Part shown: positions 1 through 11,336 of the stretch, piece after piece
Layout: each line of letters starts with the position of its first letter
Position numbering within the stretch: the first letter of the stretch is position 1
Assembly (NCBI RefSeq): GCF_001194135.2
Contig: NC_069005.1
Span: 15,418,654 to 15,482,653 of the forward strand
DNA: 64,000 bases
Source: Octopus bimaculoides
Lineage: Eukaryota
Direction: 5' to 3'
Translations under genes and position numbers: made by a program
Notes under the pieces: generated by a model
The model's input: only the letters and a program-made list of their open reading frames with translations
The model's database searches: none
Told to the model about the DNA's origin: nothing

Positions 1-51
<51 letters not shown>

Positions 52-293
52 TATTCTTTAACAAATAAACAACAGGGTGTACGGTGTGATGCATAGATAA
101 ATCGAAGGTAGGACAGAAAGAACAAAAAAAGCAGAAATCAACAAAACACATCTGGAAAAATAGTTGACAACATAACAAATGGCAAAGAGGACAAAAAACA
201 AGATACATGGACCATTCGCAGATGATTTCCTTTTCTGTCGGTGTCCAGAAAGTCCTTGCAGTTTCACACTCTTTTATCTTATATATATCTATA

Positions 294-331
<38 letters not shown>

Positions 332-601
332 TATATATATATTCATATGTATATAGAGCCTGGTGTAGCCACCTGGTTTCACCAGTCCTCAGTCAAATTG
401 TCCAACCCATGCTAGCATGGAAAGCGGACGTTAAACGACAACGATGATGATGATGATGATGATATATACATGTATATATGCACATATATATGTGTGTGTG
501 TATGTGTGTATCATTCATTAGTTGTCCATAAGTGAAAAATAAAAAGCAAGATAATAGAACAAGAGAATATAACTGATCTTACCATAACCAATTTATTGTG
601 T

Positions 602-643
<42 letters not shown>

Positions 644-1830
644 TAGATAGATAGATAGATAGATACACACACACACATATATATATATATGCACACACAT
701 AAAAGTGCATTGGTAAGAAAAACAATAAACCAGTATGCCACATGGCAATACCTAGTGGTATTTATTCCACTCAAATTTCACAGACACTGCCTTGTCCCTC
801 TTGTCATTGGAAATGTCAATGTACCAATGATTGACCTATTTTAAACCTAAAACCAAAACGACAATATTGACCATGAAATGCATAACACAGAACAAAATAC
901 TGGCATCAACCAATTTCATTCTTCCCCTTAAAACTGTGGCATCCTGCCATTACAAAGAATCATCTGTGATGGAAGCAGCTCTATAGAAAGAAAAAAAAAA
1001 ACTCTATCAATATAACATACTTAATGCGTGTGTGGCTGAAATGCTAGAAACTGCAGGAAAATCTCTGTATAGATATATCGTGTTGAGAAAACATAATATA
1101 CTTCAGAACTAGGCAAAACGAAATCATTTCAGAAATGACCTTGAGACTGATAAATAAGCATTTTACCATGGTTGCAGTTTCTCAATGTTGAATACTTGTG
1201 CTACTTCTGAAATGAAATCGAATCTGAAGTACATTCCTATGTACTTCAGACGTAGGGACATGTCTGAAGTACATAGGAATATGTCTGAAGTACATGGGAA
1301 TAGTGTATAAACTATACATTTGTATGTAAAGGCACAGCATAAGCAAAACAAAATTTGAATTATGGAAGTTGCTTGATAGCAAAAAATTCTTATTATCAAT
1401 GTATGCATAGTTGAAATACTAGAAGTTGTAATTTTTGTCTGAGAAAAATCCCTTTATAGTTGTACTGTGATAAAAAAAACCAAAAAAACAATATATTTTA
1501 GAGATAAGTGAAACAAAATTTCCCTAGAGGTGACTGCTTTTTCTAGAGAACTGCTTCCATTGCATAATTTGAATTTTATTTTGCTTGCACAACACCTTTG
1601 CACACAAGTGTTCTTTAGTATTCAGATTACTCTGTCACATGTAATAATTATTTCATATTGTTTTGAATTAATTGTGCAATATCTCATAGTTTTGAGATTT
1701 TGATGTGATTGTTGTTTATCTTTAGAATGACACTGCAGTGTAGGTGTGAGAGGCTGGATCTGATCAGTTTGTACATAAAGCAGGTGAATATTTTGAGATA
1801 TGGCTGGTTTAAATGCTAAAGGGTTAAATC

Positions 1831-1878
<48 letters not shown>

Positions 1879-1881
<3 letters not shown>

Positions 1882-2220
1882 TAGTTTTATTTTTATAACG
1901 TGCTTTCACTTCACTACCTTGGGTATGTGCTGTGGTTTGCTGTGATGCTCTTATTGTTACTCTATTGAAAGTGTTTTGCGTAGGATGTGTGCTGTGCCCA
2001 GTAGTGCAATTTTCTGTATGTTATATATATTTGTAAGTCCTGGTGTTTTTGTTATGTATTTGTCTGAATATTTTTTTATTATACCTAAGGCAACTACTAT
2101 AATAGGAATTGTTTCTGTTTTTAGATTCCACATTCGAGTTACCTCTATTTCCAGGGCTTTGTATTTTGAAAGTTTTTCCATTTCTTTTAGGGAAACGTTG
2201 TCACCTGCTGGTATTGATAT
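1879..2220 (-). mobile_element. 5'-truncated R4/Dong-like RLE LINE inserted in (TAA)n
   Basis: Frame ISIPAGDNVSLKEMEKLSKYKALEIEV...IPIIVVALG...QKIALLGTAHILRKTLS* is an RLE C-terminus. Followed by a short 3' UTR; (TAA)n on both sides. Confidence 0.88.
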
Positions 2221-2458
2221 TATTATTATTATTATTATTATTATTATGGCAATGAGCTGGCAAAAGCATTAGCATGCAGGTCAAAATGCTAAGCAGTATT
2301 TCATCCTCCCTTACATTCTGAGTTTAAATTCCGCCTAGGTTGACTTTGCCTTTCATCTTTTTGGGGTTGATAAATTAAGTACCATTTGAGTACCGGGGTC
2401 CATGTAATCTATTACCCCACCTCCCCAAAATTTCAGGTTTTGTGCCTATAGTAGAAAA

Positions 2459-2509
<51 letters not shown>

Positions 2510-2586
2510 GGTGGTGAGCTGGGGGTCATTGTAATCAACTAGACTCCTTCCCCAAAAATTCAGGCCTTGTGCCAATAGTAGAAAGG

Positions 2587-2648
<62 letters not shown>

Positions 2649-2886
2649 CATCATCATCATCAATATAAAGACAGCAAGCTTGGAGAATTGTTAGCATATG
2701 GAACAAAATACTTAGTGGCATTCCTTCTGAATCTGAGGTCAAATGTCACCAGGGTTGACTTTATCTTCTATCCTTTAGAGGTCAATAAAATAAGTACCAG
2801 TTGAGTATTGGAATTGGCATAATTGACTTCCTCTTCATAAGTGCTGGCCTTGTAGTAAAATATTATCATCATTCTTACTATGATTA

Positions 2887-3389
2887 CACTGTGTAATAAA
2901 TTTTTAGTTTTAGTTTTTGTCTTTGGTCAGTAAGTGTTATTTCCTATTTGCTTCTGTCTAAAAGTAAAAGGAAATGACTACTATTCCCTTCAAACTTTGC
3001 TTTTATCACCTGGACATCAATGTTTTGAAACTGACCAATTTTCCATTACATTTGAGATAGATTCAGCACAGAGTTGCTGAAGCAGAAATATCGTTATAGT
3101 CAATATTCTGCTCAATACCACAGATTTGCTTGTCAGTTGCTTGACCTTAATCGGTTGACTGACATGAGCATGTCCCTTATTGGCTGATATTGGCTGTGCA
3201 TCTCTGAGGATGAGCAGGAGAAGTGGGGGAGCATCATAGCCATGTAGTGAGAGGGATTCTTTGGGGTTTGAACAAATATAACAAAAGTCAAGTTTGAAGG
3301 AAATATTAGCCATTTTTCTTACTTTTCTCGGGGTAAGCAAATAGGAAATAGCAGTTGCTACACAAGGACAAAAATCGTGTTACACTGTG
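2887..3389. mobile_element. Non-autonomous DNA element with CAC(T/A)GTGTAA termini
   Basis: Terminal inverted repeats. A second copy lies in opposite orientation at 58742-59212. Superfamily not resolved. Confidence 0.7.
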
Positions 3390-5105
3390 TTATTATTATC
3401 ATCATTATTATTACTAAGGCTGTGGAGTTGGCAGAATCGTTAGCAGACTGAGCAAAATGCTTAGTGGCATTTTGTCCATGTTTATGTTCTGAGTTCAAAT
3501 TCTGCCAAGGTTGACTTTACCTTTCATCCTTTCAGGGTTGATAAAATGAGTACCAGCTGTGTACTGGGGTTGATGTAATTGAGCTACCCTCTCCCCCAAA
3601 ACTGCTGGCCTTGTGCCAAAATTTGAAACCATTATTATAATAATGATCATTATTATTATTACTGCTGCTGTTATTATTATCAGAGAATTTCCATTTTGTC
3701 CAAATTCCCATCAACTCATCAACAAGGGCAGGTGAGGGTGGAGAGGGAATTGCTGCCATTCAGTGAATTTGCTGAAAGGTGTATGAGATATGCATGAACA
3801 ACTTATGTGTTTAGGCATACCCTGAGTATTCACTAGCAGGAACACATTTGGAGAGGGTCTTTGTTTTATGTAGAAAGGGCAACCTTGGATTTATGGGGTA
3901 CCCTGACTGGCTCTTAGTGGCTGTCTCCCCCTATTGGAAGATTTCATTTCATTCTTTTTGCATGCTATTATTTCTTTTGCATAATCAATTCTGTGACAAC
4001 ACCCACCGTTTTTCCAATTATCATTCTATTGTCATCTCACCCATCACCCTTGTGGCAAATTAAAGAAATCTCTCTAACAACATTATTATTTACTACTATT
4101 ACTACTACTACTACTACTACTACTACTACAACTACTACCACTACTACCACCACCACCACCACCACCACCACCGCCGCCGCTGCTGCTGCTGTTCAGTGTA
4201 ATGATAACCAGAGACAAAAGAGCTGGAACGATACTTATAAACAGATTATCCTATTTAGAGCCACAGATATTCAATAGTGACATTTTCTGTAGAATACAAT
4301 CACATGTAGGGATTTTTATAAGTGTGTGTGTGTGTGCGTGTGTGTGTGTGTGAGAGAGAGAGAGAATAAGAGAGCAGGTGAACAGTGGATTTTTCTCTCT
4401 TCAGCCCTTACTCCGCCCACTTATCCATAACTCAGAACTATTTTTCTCTTCTCAATGCCGTTCTCTCCAGATCCGAAACAGCAGAACAATGCAATGAATA
4501 CAATTGTGAAGAAAGAGCTTTACCATTCCTCAGGCAATGCTACACTTATTTACTATTAACATTATCATTATTATTATCATTATTATTATCATTATTATCA
4601 TCATCCTTATCACCATCATTGTTATTATTATCATTATTATTATTATTATCATTACTATTATTGTAAAAGTTAAAGACGTAATGTAGGTTTCTTCATCCAA
4701 AATTATCTCAAGTCAGTTCTGTTTCTTAATGCAGCTGATACAAATCCCAATTATACCTCCCTTGATGACAGTGATGATGACAATGATGACAACCACCAAC
4801 ACCACCCCTGTCGTTCCATTACCTACTGGGCCACCTACAAAATCTAATATAACTATTGATAATGTGAAACAAGGATTATAAACTAGGTTTCATACTAAAC
4901 CCTCTCAGAAACAACAACCAGTCATAAAACACAAATATATATATATGTGTGTGTGTGTGTACACACACACATAAACACATACATACATATACATTTATTT
5001 ATTACACACACACACACACACACAATTATATATAAATATATATTATATACTGCTCTATAACTTACAGTGTGCTGCTTTTTTGGGGGATTTATGTTTTATC
5101 TACAA

Positions 5106-5144
<39 letters not shown>

Positions 5145-5291
5145 CTACACATACATATATCTATAAACATATCTGTACATGCATACAAATATTTATATCT
5201 ATACATATATTTACACATGTTTATACACACCTATGCAAATATATATATAAATATATGCCTACACACAGACACACGCATATATATATATATA

Positions 5292-5734
5292 NNNNNNNNN
5301 NNNNNNNNNNNNNNNNNNNNNNNNNNNNNNNNNNNNNNNNNNNNNNNNNNNNNNNNNNNNNNNNNNNNNNNNNNNNNNNNNNNNNNNNNNNNNNNNNNNN
5401 NNNNNNNNNNNNNNNNNNNNNNNNNNNNNNNNNNNNNNNNNNNNNNNNNNNNNNNNNNNNNNNNNNNNNNNNNNNNNNNNNNNNNNNNNNNNNNNNNNNN
5501 NNNNNNNNNNNNNNNNNNNNNNNNNNNNNNNNNNNNNNNNNNNNNNNNNNNNNNNNNNNNNNNNNNNNNNNNNNNNNNNNNNNNNNNNNNNNNNNNNNNN
5601 NNNNNNNNNNNNNNNNNNNNNNNNNNNNNNNNNNNNNNNNNNNNNNNNNNNNNNNNNNNNNNNNNNNNNNNNNNNNNNNNNNNNNNNNNNNNNNNNNNNN
5701 NNNNNNNNNNNNNNNNNNNNNNNNNNNNNNNNNN
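5292..5734. other. Assembly gap
   Basis: N run. Confidence 1.
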
Positions 5735-6156
5735 AAATAAAATGACAATTTTAATTGTATATTTCAAAAGACATGATGAAAAAAATTTCTTCTGTTTAAA
5801 TTTATTTTTGATTATTTTTGTAACATGTTTTTAAAGATTCACTTGTTTTTTAGATTCCCATAATAAATGAAATAAATCTCAAATTTACCCAATAAAATGT
5901 ATTTTAATTTTAAAAATATTATTCTTGGCTGCCAATAAGTATGTATGCATGTGTGTGTGTTTATTTATGATGGACAGCAGAAAAGAGTCCACTCATCATC
6001 ATTTGTTGTCAACTCACCCCTCTCTCCTTAAAGATATGTATTCATCACACTCATCTTTGTTTCCCTTCATGGGCATTTTAAAAGTTACCTATGTGTATGT
6101 GCATGTGTGTGTGTGCATTTACGAAAGTATGTATGTAGTGTCACATGTATATCCTT

Positions 6157-7830
6157 GAAGTCAATATCAGGCATTATTCTCCCCTTTTTGACCTCACATA
6201 TTTGAAATCTCAAATTTTTTTCTACTGAACCAAATTTCAAATTTTGTAGCTCAAAATGTAGTTTAGGAGGTGACCAATCTAAAAATGTATAAGCATCATC
6301 AAATTCGGTAAAAAACTGAATTAGTGACAAAGCCTAGAAATGGTCGCGAGTGAGTAAATGTTGCCCTTAAGAATATTATTCACACACAGCCATTTGTGAA
6401 TAATATTTATTACAATATAGAGTATTCTATGAATATGAGGTAGGTCTTTGCAAGATACCTACTGAACTGAATAAAACATTTTGCAATATTGATTTCCAAT
6501 TTTGACACAAGGCCATCAAATCCAGAGGGGAGGGAAGTTGATTACATTGACCTTAGTGCTCAGCTGATACCCATTTTATCATATACCAAAATGATAAAAA
6601 GCAAAGATGACCTTGGCAGAATTTAAACTCAGAATGTAGAGACAGACGAAATGCCATTAAACTTTCACCCTGCATGATCCTGACTCTGCCAACTAGTTGT
6701 CTTAGTACCGTAATAAGTAATAATATTACTTGAAAATTGTTTTACGTACTTTTGGCACATTTAGCCTATATAATAACTTCTTTATTTTGAAAATCTTTTT
6801 CAAAAGATTAACACCATGACACTTGTCTTGAGTTCTATCATATGACCTAAACAAAAACAAAATGTTTAGGTTTTGAATTTGCTTTTAGGCGTTACCACTG
6901 TTTTCAGCACATTTGGCCCCATTAGTTTTTTATTCCTAATTTTTTTTAATATAATTAGCATCATGGGATTCCTATAGTTGAGATCATCTATCAGAAAAGT
7001 TAAATTTAAATATGGACTTCTTTTGAGAGAAGAATAACATTTGGAATTAAAGTTGATTTCAAGTGTTAATCTCCTATTTTTTTGCTGGTTTTTACCTCAG
7101 TATATTTTTTCTACTGAATATTTTTGCATATAACTAACATGGATAGATTCCTGTCATGGAGATCTATAATATAAGCTAAAATAAAATATAGATTTATTCA
7201 AAAAGAAAAAAAATTTGGACTCAAAGTTGATTTCAGGCATTATTTTCTTGTTTGTGACCTCACATATTTGACCCAAAGTTTTTTCTACTGAACCGATTTT
7301 CAAATTTTTAGCTTTAAATGTAGCTTATGATGTGGCCAATATAAAAATGTTAACAGCATCTAATTTGGTTAAAAGCTGAGTTAGTGACAAAGCCTAGAAG
7401 TGTTCATGAGTGAGTAAATGTTGACCGTAAGAATATTATTCACACACTACCATATGTGAACGATATTTTTTGAAAAGATTAGCACCATGACACTTGCCTT
7501 GATGAGTTCTATCATATGAGGAAAAAAATTTGAGGTTTTTAATTTGATTTTAGGTATTACTACTTTTTTTTGACACATCTGGCCCCAGTAGTTTTTTATT
7601 AAAAATTTTTTTGATATAATTGGTATCATCGGATTCCTCTAGTGGAGATCTATCAGAAAAGTTGAACTTAAATATAGTTTTCTTTCGAAATAAGAATAAT
7701 ATTTGGAGTCAAAGTCGATTTCAGGCATTAATCTCCTTTTTTTTTTGCCTAGAAGTGGTCGCAGGTAAGTAAATCTTGATCTTAAGAATATTATTCACAC
7801 ACTACCATATGTGAATGATATATATATATT
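6157..7830. repeat. Clustered diverged partial copies of an AT-rich repeat module
   Basis: Segments such as gaattagtgacaaagcctaga...gaatattattcacaca recur at about 6320, 7380 and 7750. Confidence 0.7.
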
Positions 7831-7906
7831 TAAAATCTTTGTGTGTGGTTGCCAGTTTTTTATCATCACAAAATATAAAATAAATTTTCAAACACTATAA
7901 AATATA

Positions 7907-8462
7907 TGAGGTCTGATCAAAAGGTATTGGGACTGTTGCTATGGTAACAAAGCTAAATATGCAGAGTAAAGCTGCTTGGTATAGACTGACTTTGAACCCT
8001 GTTGTGCATGCACACTAAGTTATATTTTCACTCACTTCTATTGTTTATAGCAGTGCTTAGAAGTAAAGAGTGTAGTGTGACCGTCTCAAAAAGAAGATTG
8101 GGTTTCAAGTGTGCAGGATCTCTTAGATTGAGTTGACGAAGACGGAAACTTTTCAAAAATTGTCATAACAGGTGATGAATCATGGGTCTATGGCTATGAC
8201 CCCAAAACCAAAGCAAAAATCAAATCCCACTTGAAAGGAACAAAATTTCAAGACATCAAGGAAATACAAGAGTATACGATGTGGTAGCTGTTTGCTATCC
8301 CAAAAGAGGAGTTCCAGGAATGCTTCCTTCAATGGAAATAACACTGGATAAAGTATGTGGCTTTAGAAGGGGACAAATTCAAAGGAGATTAAATGCTGAA
8401 TTGATATGTGTAGTGGTTTTCTTTTTATAGCTCCAGTGCTGCTACTTTTTGATCAAACCTCA
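7907..8462 (+). mobile_element. Internally deleted mariner-like element
   Basis: TIRs tgaggtctgatcaaaaggta / tactttttgatcaaacctca with TA flanks. Coding relics ITGDESWVYGYDP and IPKEEFQECF...EGDKFKGD*. Confidence 0.9.
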
Positions 8463-8497
8463 TATATTGAAAACACATTTTTACTTAAAAAACCTAC

Positions 8498-8691
8498 CTT
8501 TTTGGAATCAATGTCTTCTAATAAAGCTTTCGTTCTTTCATTCCTTTTCACTGAGATCTTAAATTTATTGTCAACAAACACCTGATAGCAAATTATTTCT
8601 ACATTCCGGTCGACTTCTGGGGCTACCCATGATATCAACACGCTGTTAGTTAACTGACGATCCAGGTTCAACTTGTGAGGGAAGATTGTTT
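8498..8691 (-). CDS. RIMBP2: RIMBP first fibronectin type III exon (ETIFPHKLNLDRQLTNSVLISWVAPE...RTKALLEDIDSKK)
   Basis: Acceptor tttgtctctcag, 194 nt (2 nt + 64 codons, phase 1 to 0), donor AAG|gtaggt. Matches the RIM-BP FN3-1 pattern PxKxxLxxQLxxSVxxxW...YxVxVD...RTKAL. Confidence 0.92.
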
Positions 8692-9695
8692 CTGAGAGAC
8701 AAATTTGGTAAAAAAAAGAGAAAAAAGAATCAGCAAAGACAAAGTAAAGTAAAACAAACAACAACAACAAAAAAAAGAAGCATTAAGCAATATGAGAGAA
8801 ACATAAATGGTTTCAAATTTTGGCACCAAAACCAGCAATTTTAGGGGGTTAATCAATTACATCGACCCCCCCCCCCCTTGCCAGTACTTGGCTGGTTCTT
8901 TATTTTATCAATCACGAAAGAATGAAAGGCAACGTCAACCTTGAAAGCATTTGAATTCAGACAGTAAAGAGCCACAGAGTATTTTTTCTCATGTGCTAAC
9001 AATCCTACAAGCTCCCTGCCTTTGAAAGAATCATAAATAATGAAATAACAGACATAAAGATTGGGTGAGGTAATACAGGACTAATACTGTGCTGTAAGAA
9101 GCTTGCTTCTCAACTACATAGTTCTAGGTTCAGTCCCACTGCATGGCATCCTGAGCAAGTGTCTTCTACTATAGCCTCGGGCTGACCAAAGCCTTGTGAT
9201 TGGATTTGGTAGACGGAAACTGAAAGAAGCCCGTCATATGTATATGTGTGTGTGTCTTTGTGTCTGTGTTTGTTCCCCTGTCACTGCTTGACAACCAGTG
9301 TTGGTGCATTTATGTCCCCATAACTTGGTGGTTCAACAAAAGAGACTGATAGAGTAAGTACTAGGCTTAAAAAATAAGTCCTTGGATCAATTTGTTCAAC
9401 TAAAGCCCTTCAAGGTGGTGCTCCAGCATGGTGGCAGTCAAATGACTGACATAAGTAAAAGAATAAAAAGAATATGAGTATCAATTGTACTGAATTTCCC
9501 ATCTAGTTACCAACCTAAAACCATACCACAGTGGGAAGTCCCTAATTTTGAAGTTACAAAGTTAACAAACCAATGAGAAAGTGTCTACAAGGTCCCACAA
9601 CCTACAAGAAAGAGCAAACAAATCCCCCTTAAATCACACCATGCCACATCAACTTGATTGTATAAAAGACTCAGTAAAGATGTTTTTTTTGCAAC

Positions 9696-10044
9696 ATTCC
9701 TGATGTGAAGTCATGTGTTGAAACAGATGTTATATTTTAGGATGGTCATTTTTATTTTCTTTATTTGCTAAATAAACACACACAATATATTCATTCCTTG
9801 CTTTGGATTTATTATTTTTCTAATTTTATGTCTTATGTCTGGAAATCTTTCATAACACATCCTGTGACCTCTTCAGAGACTCTCCATCCTACAAGTTTCC
9901 TCCTGTTCTGTTTAGTCCATTCTCTAGAAAGAATGGACTAAATGAAAGATTTCCAGACATAGGATATGAAATAAAAAGAATAATAAAATAAATCTGAAGT
10001 TAAGAACAAATATAAAAAGTGTGTGTGCTTATTTGGCTGGAATG
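9696..10044. mobile_element. Inverted-repeat element with a degenerate hammerhead-like motif (possible Penelope-like relic)
   Basis: Arms at about 9774-9853 and 9942-10037 are reverse complements. Shares its 5' segment with the element starting at 53854. Confidence 0.5.
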
Positions 10045-11228
10045 ATTCCAATTACAGGATTACTCAATCATGGTTTAATTCGGAGCTACACAATGACTAC
10101 AACTAGAATCAGATAAATCTTCAGTGTTCCAGAAGGACGAAAGGCAAAGCTAATCCCAGCAAGATAATAACAGCTTATAATAATTCTACTTGTCATTACA
10201 TTACTTAGCCCGTTGGTAACACTTTCATAAGAAAAAGAAGAAAGAAAAGAGGAGAAAAAGAGGATAAGGCAAAGAGTGAGACAGAAAGAGAAAAGATGGA
10301 GAAGGAAGTGTCCATGACATGTGGTAGGGGGAACATAATATTTATTACATGATTAAAAAATTTAGTTGAAGTTAGTGATATACCAGAGTGTTAGGAATAT
10401 AATTTTAGCAGAGGGGTGATGTTCTGATGGTGAGATTAAAGAAAGACAGAGAGAAAGAGGAAAGAGAGGGAAATAGAGAGATAGGGAGAGACAGGTGGTG
10501 GTGGCCATGGTAAGTGCATAGTGAAAAGTAATTTTTTTTTATTGAACTAAGTTTTTTTATATCACCTATCACTTAACGAATGCGCATTCCAAACTTGTCA
10601 TTCACTTTAGTAAGAAACCAGTTTCCCGTTCACCTATCAAATGCAATAAATCACCTATCAAATCAATAAATCACAAGGGCAGACATTTGATAAAGTAGGG
10701 CTGTTCTTGGCTGAACTTGTATTCGGCCATGGTCAGCTATATGTTGCATTCTCAAATTATCTGATGAGAGAGTTCAAGTTATCAACACTGACAAACAAGG
10801 GAAAAGATGAAGGAGAACTTGCATGAAGAACGTCGTCTGCAAAGAAGTATTGGATTGAAAGGTGTACACAAATTGAAAGGTGTGTTGGCTCTGACCCGTA
10901 GCCTTGGCTTATTAGTTACCAGTGATGTTGCATTAAATTTTTACCCCTGTGAAATTGTGACCCTTATATTTTACATATAAGATAATTTTTTTTACTATAA
11001 AATTTTTGTTTTCTAGATATGAAATTGTGACCATGTAAATTTTAAAATGTAATTCTTTCTATTTATGGGGAAAATGAGAAAATAAGAGTGAATATTTATT
11101 TTATGAGTGTTGTGTATAAAGTCTATAAAATTGTGCATAAAGTATATAATGTATATATATATATATATATATAAAGTGCATTAAGTAATCATTTACAATG
11201 AATAGCAGATAAGTGACCATCTTTTGAT

Positions 11229-11336
11229 NNNNNNNNNNNNNNNNNNNNNNNNNNNNNNNNNNNNNNNNNNNNNNNNNNNNNNNNNNNNNNNNNNNNNNNN
11301 NNNNNNNNNNNNNNNNNNNNNNNNNNNNNNNNNNNN
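11229..11336. other. Assembly gap
   Basis: N run. Confidence 1.

Noticed and set aside
5067-5834. Long ORF-track entries spanning N gaps (also 39497-40400, 51368-51765, 55500-56156)
   Set aside because: Length comes from N runs and (AT)n/(GT)n; no real coding signal.
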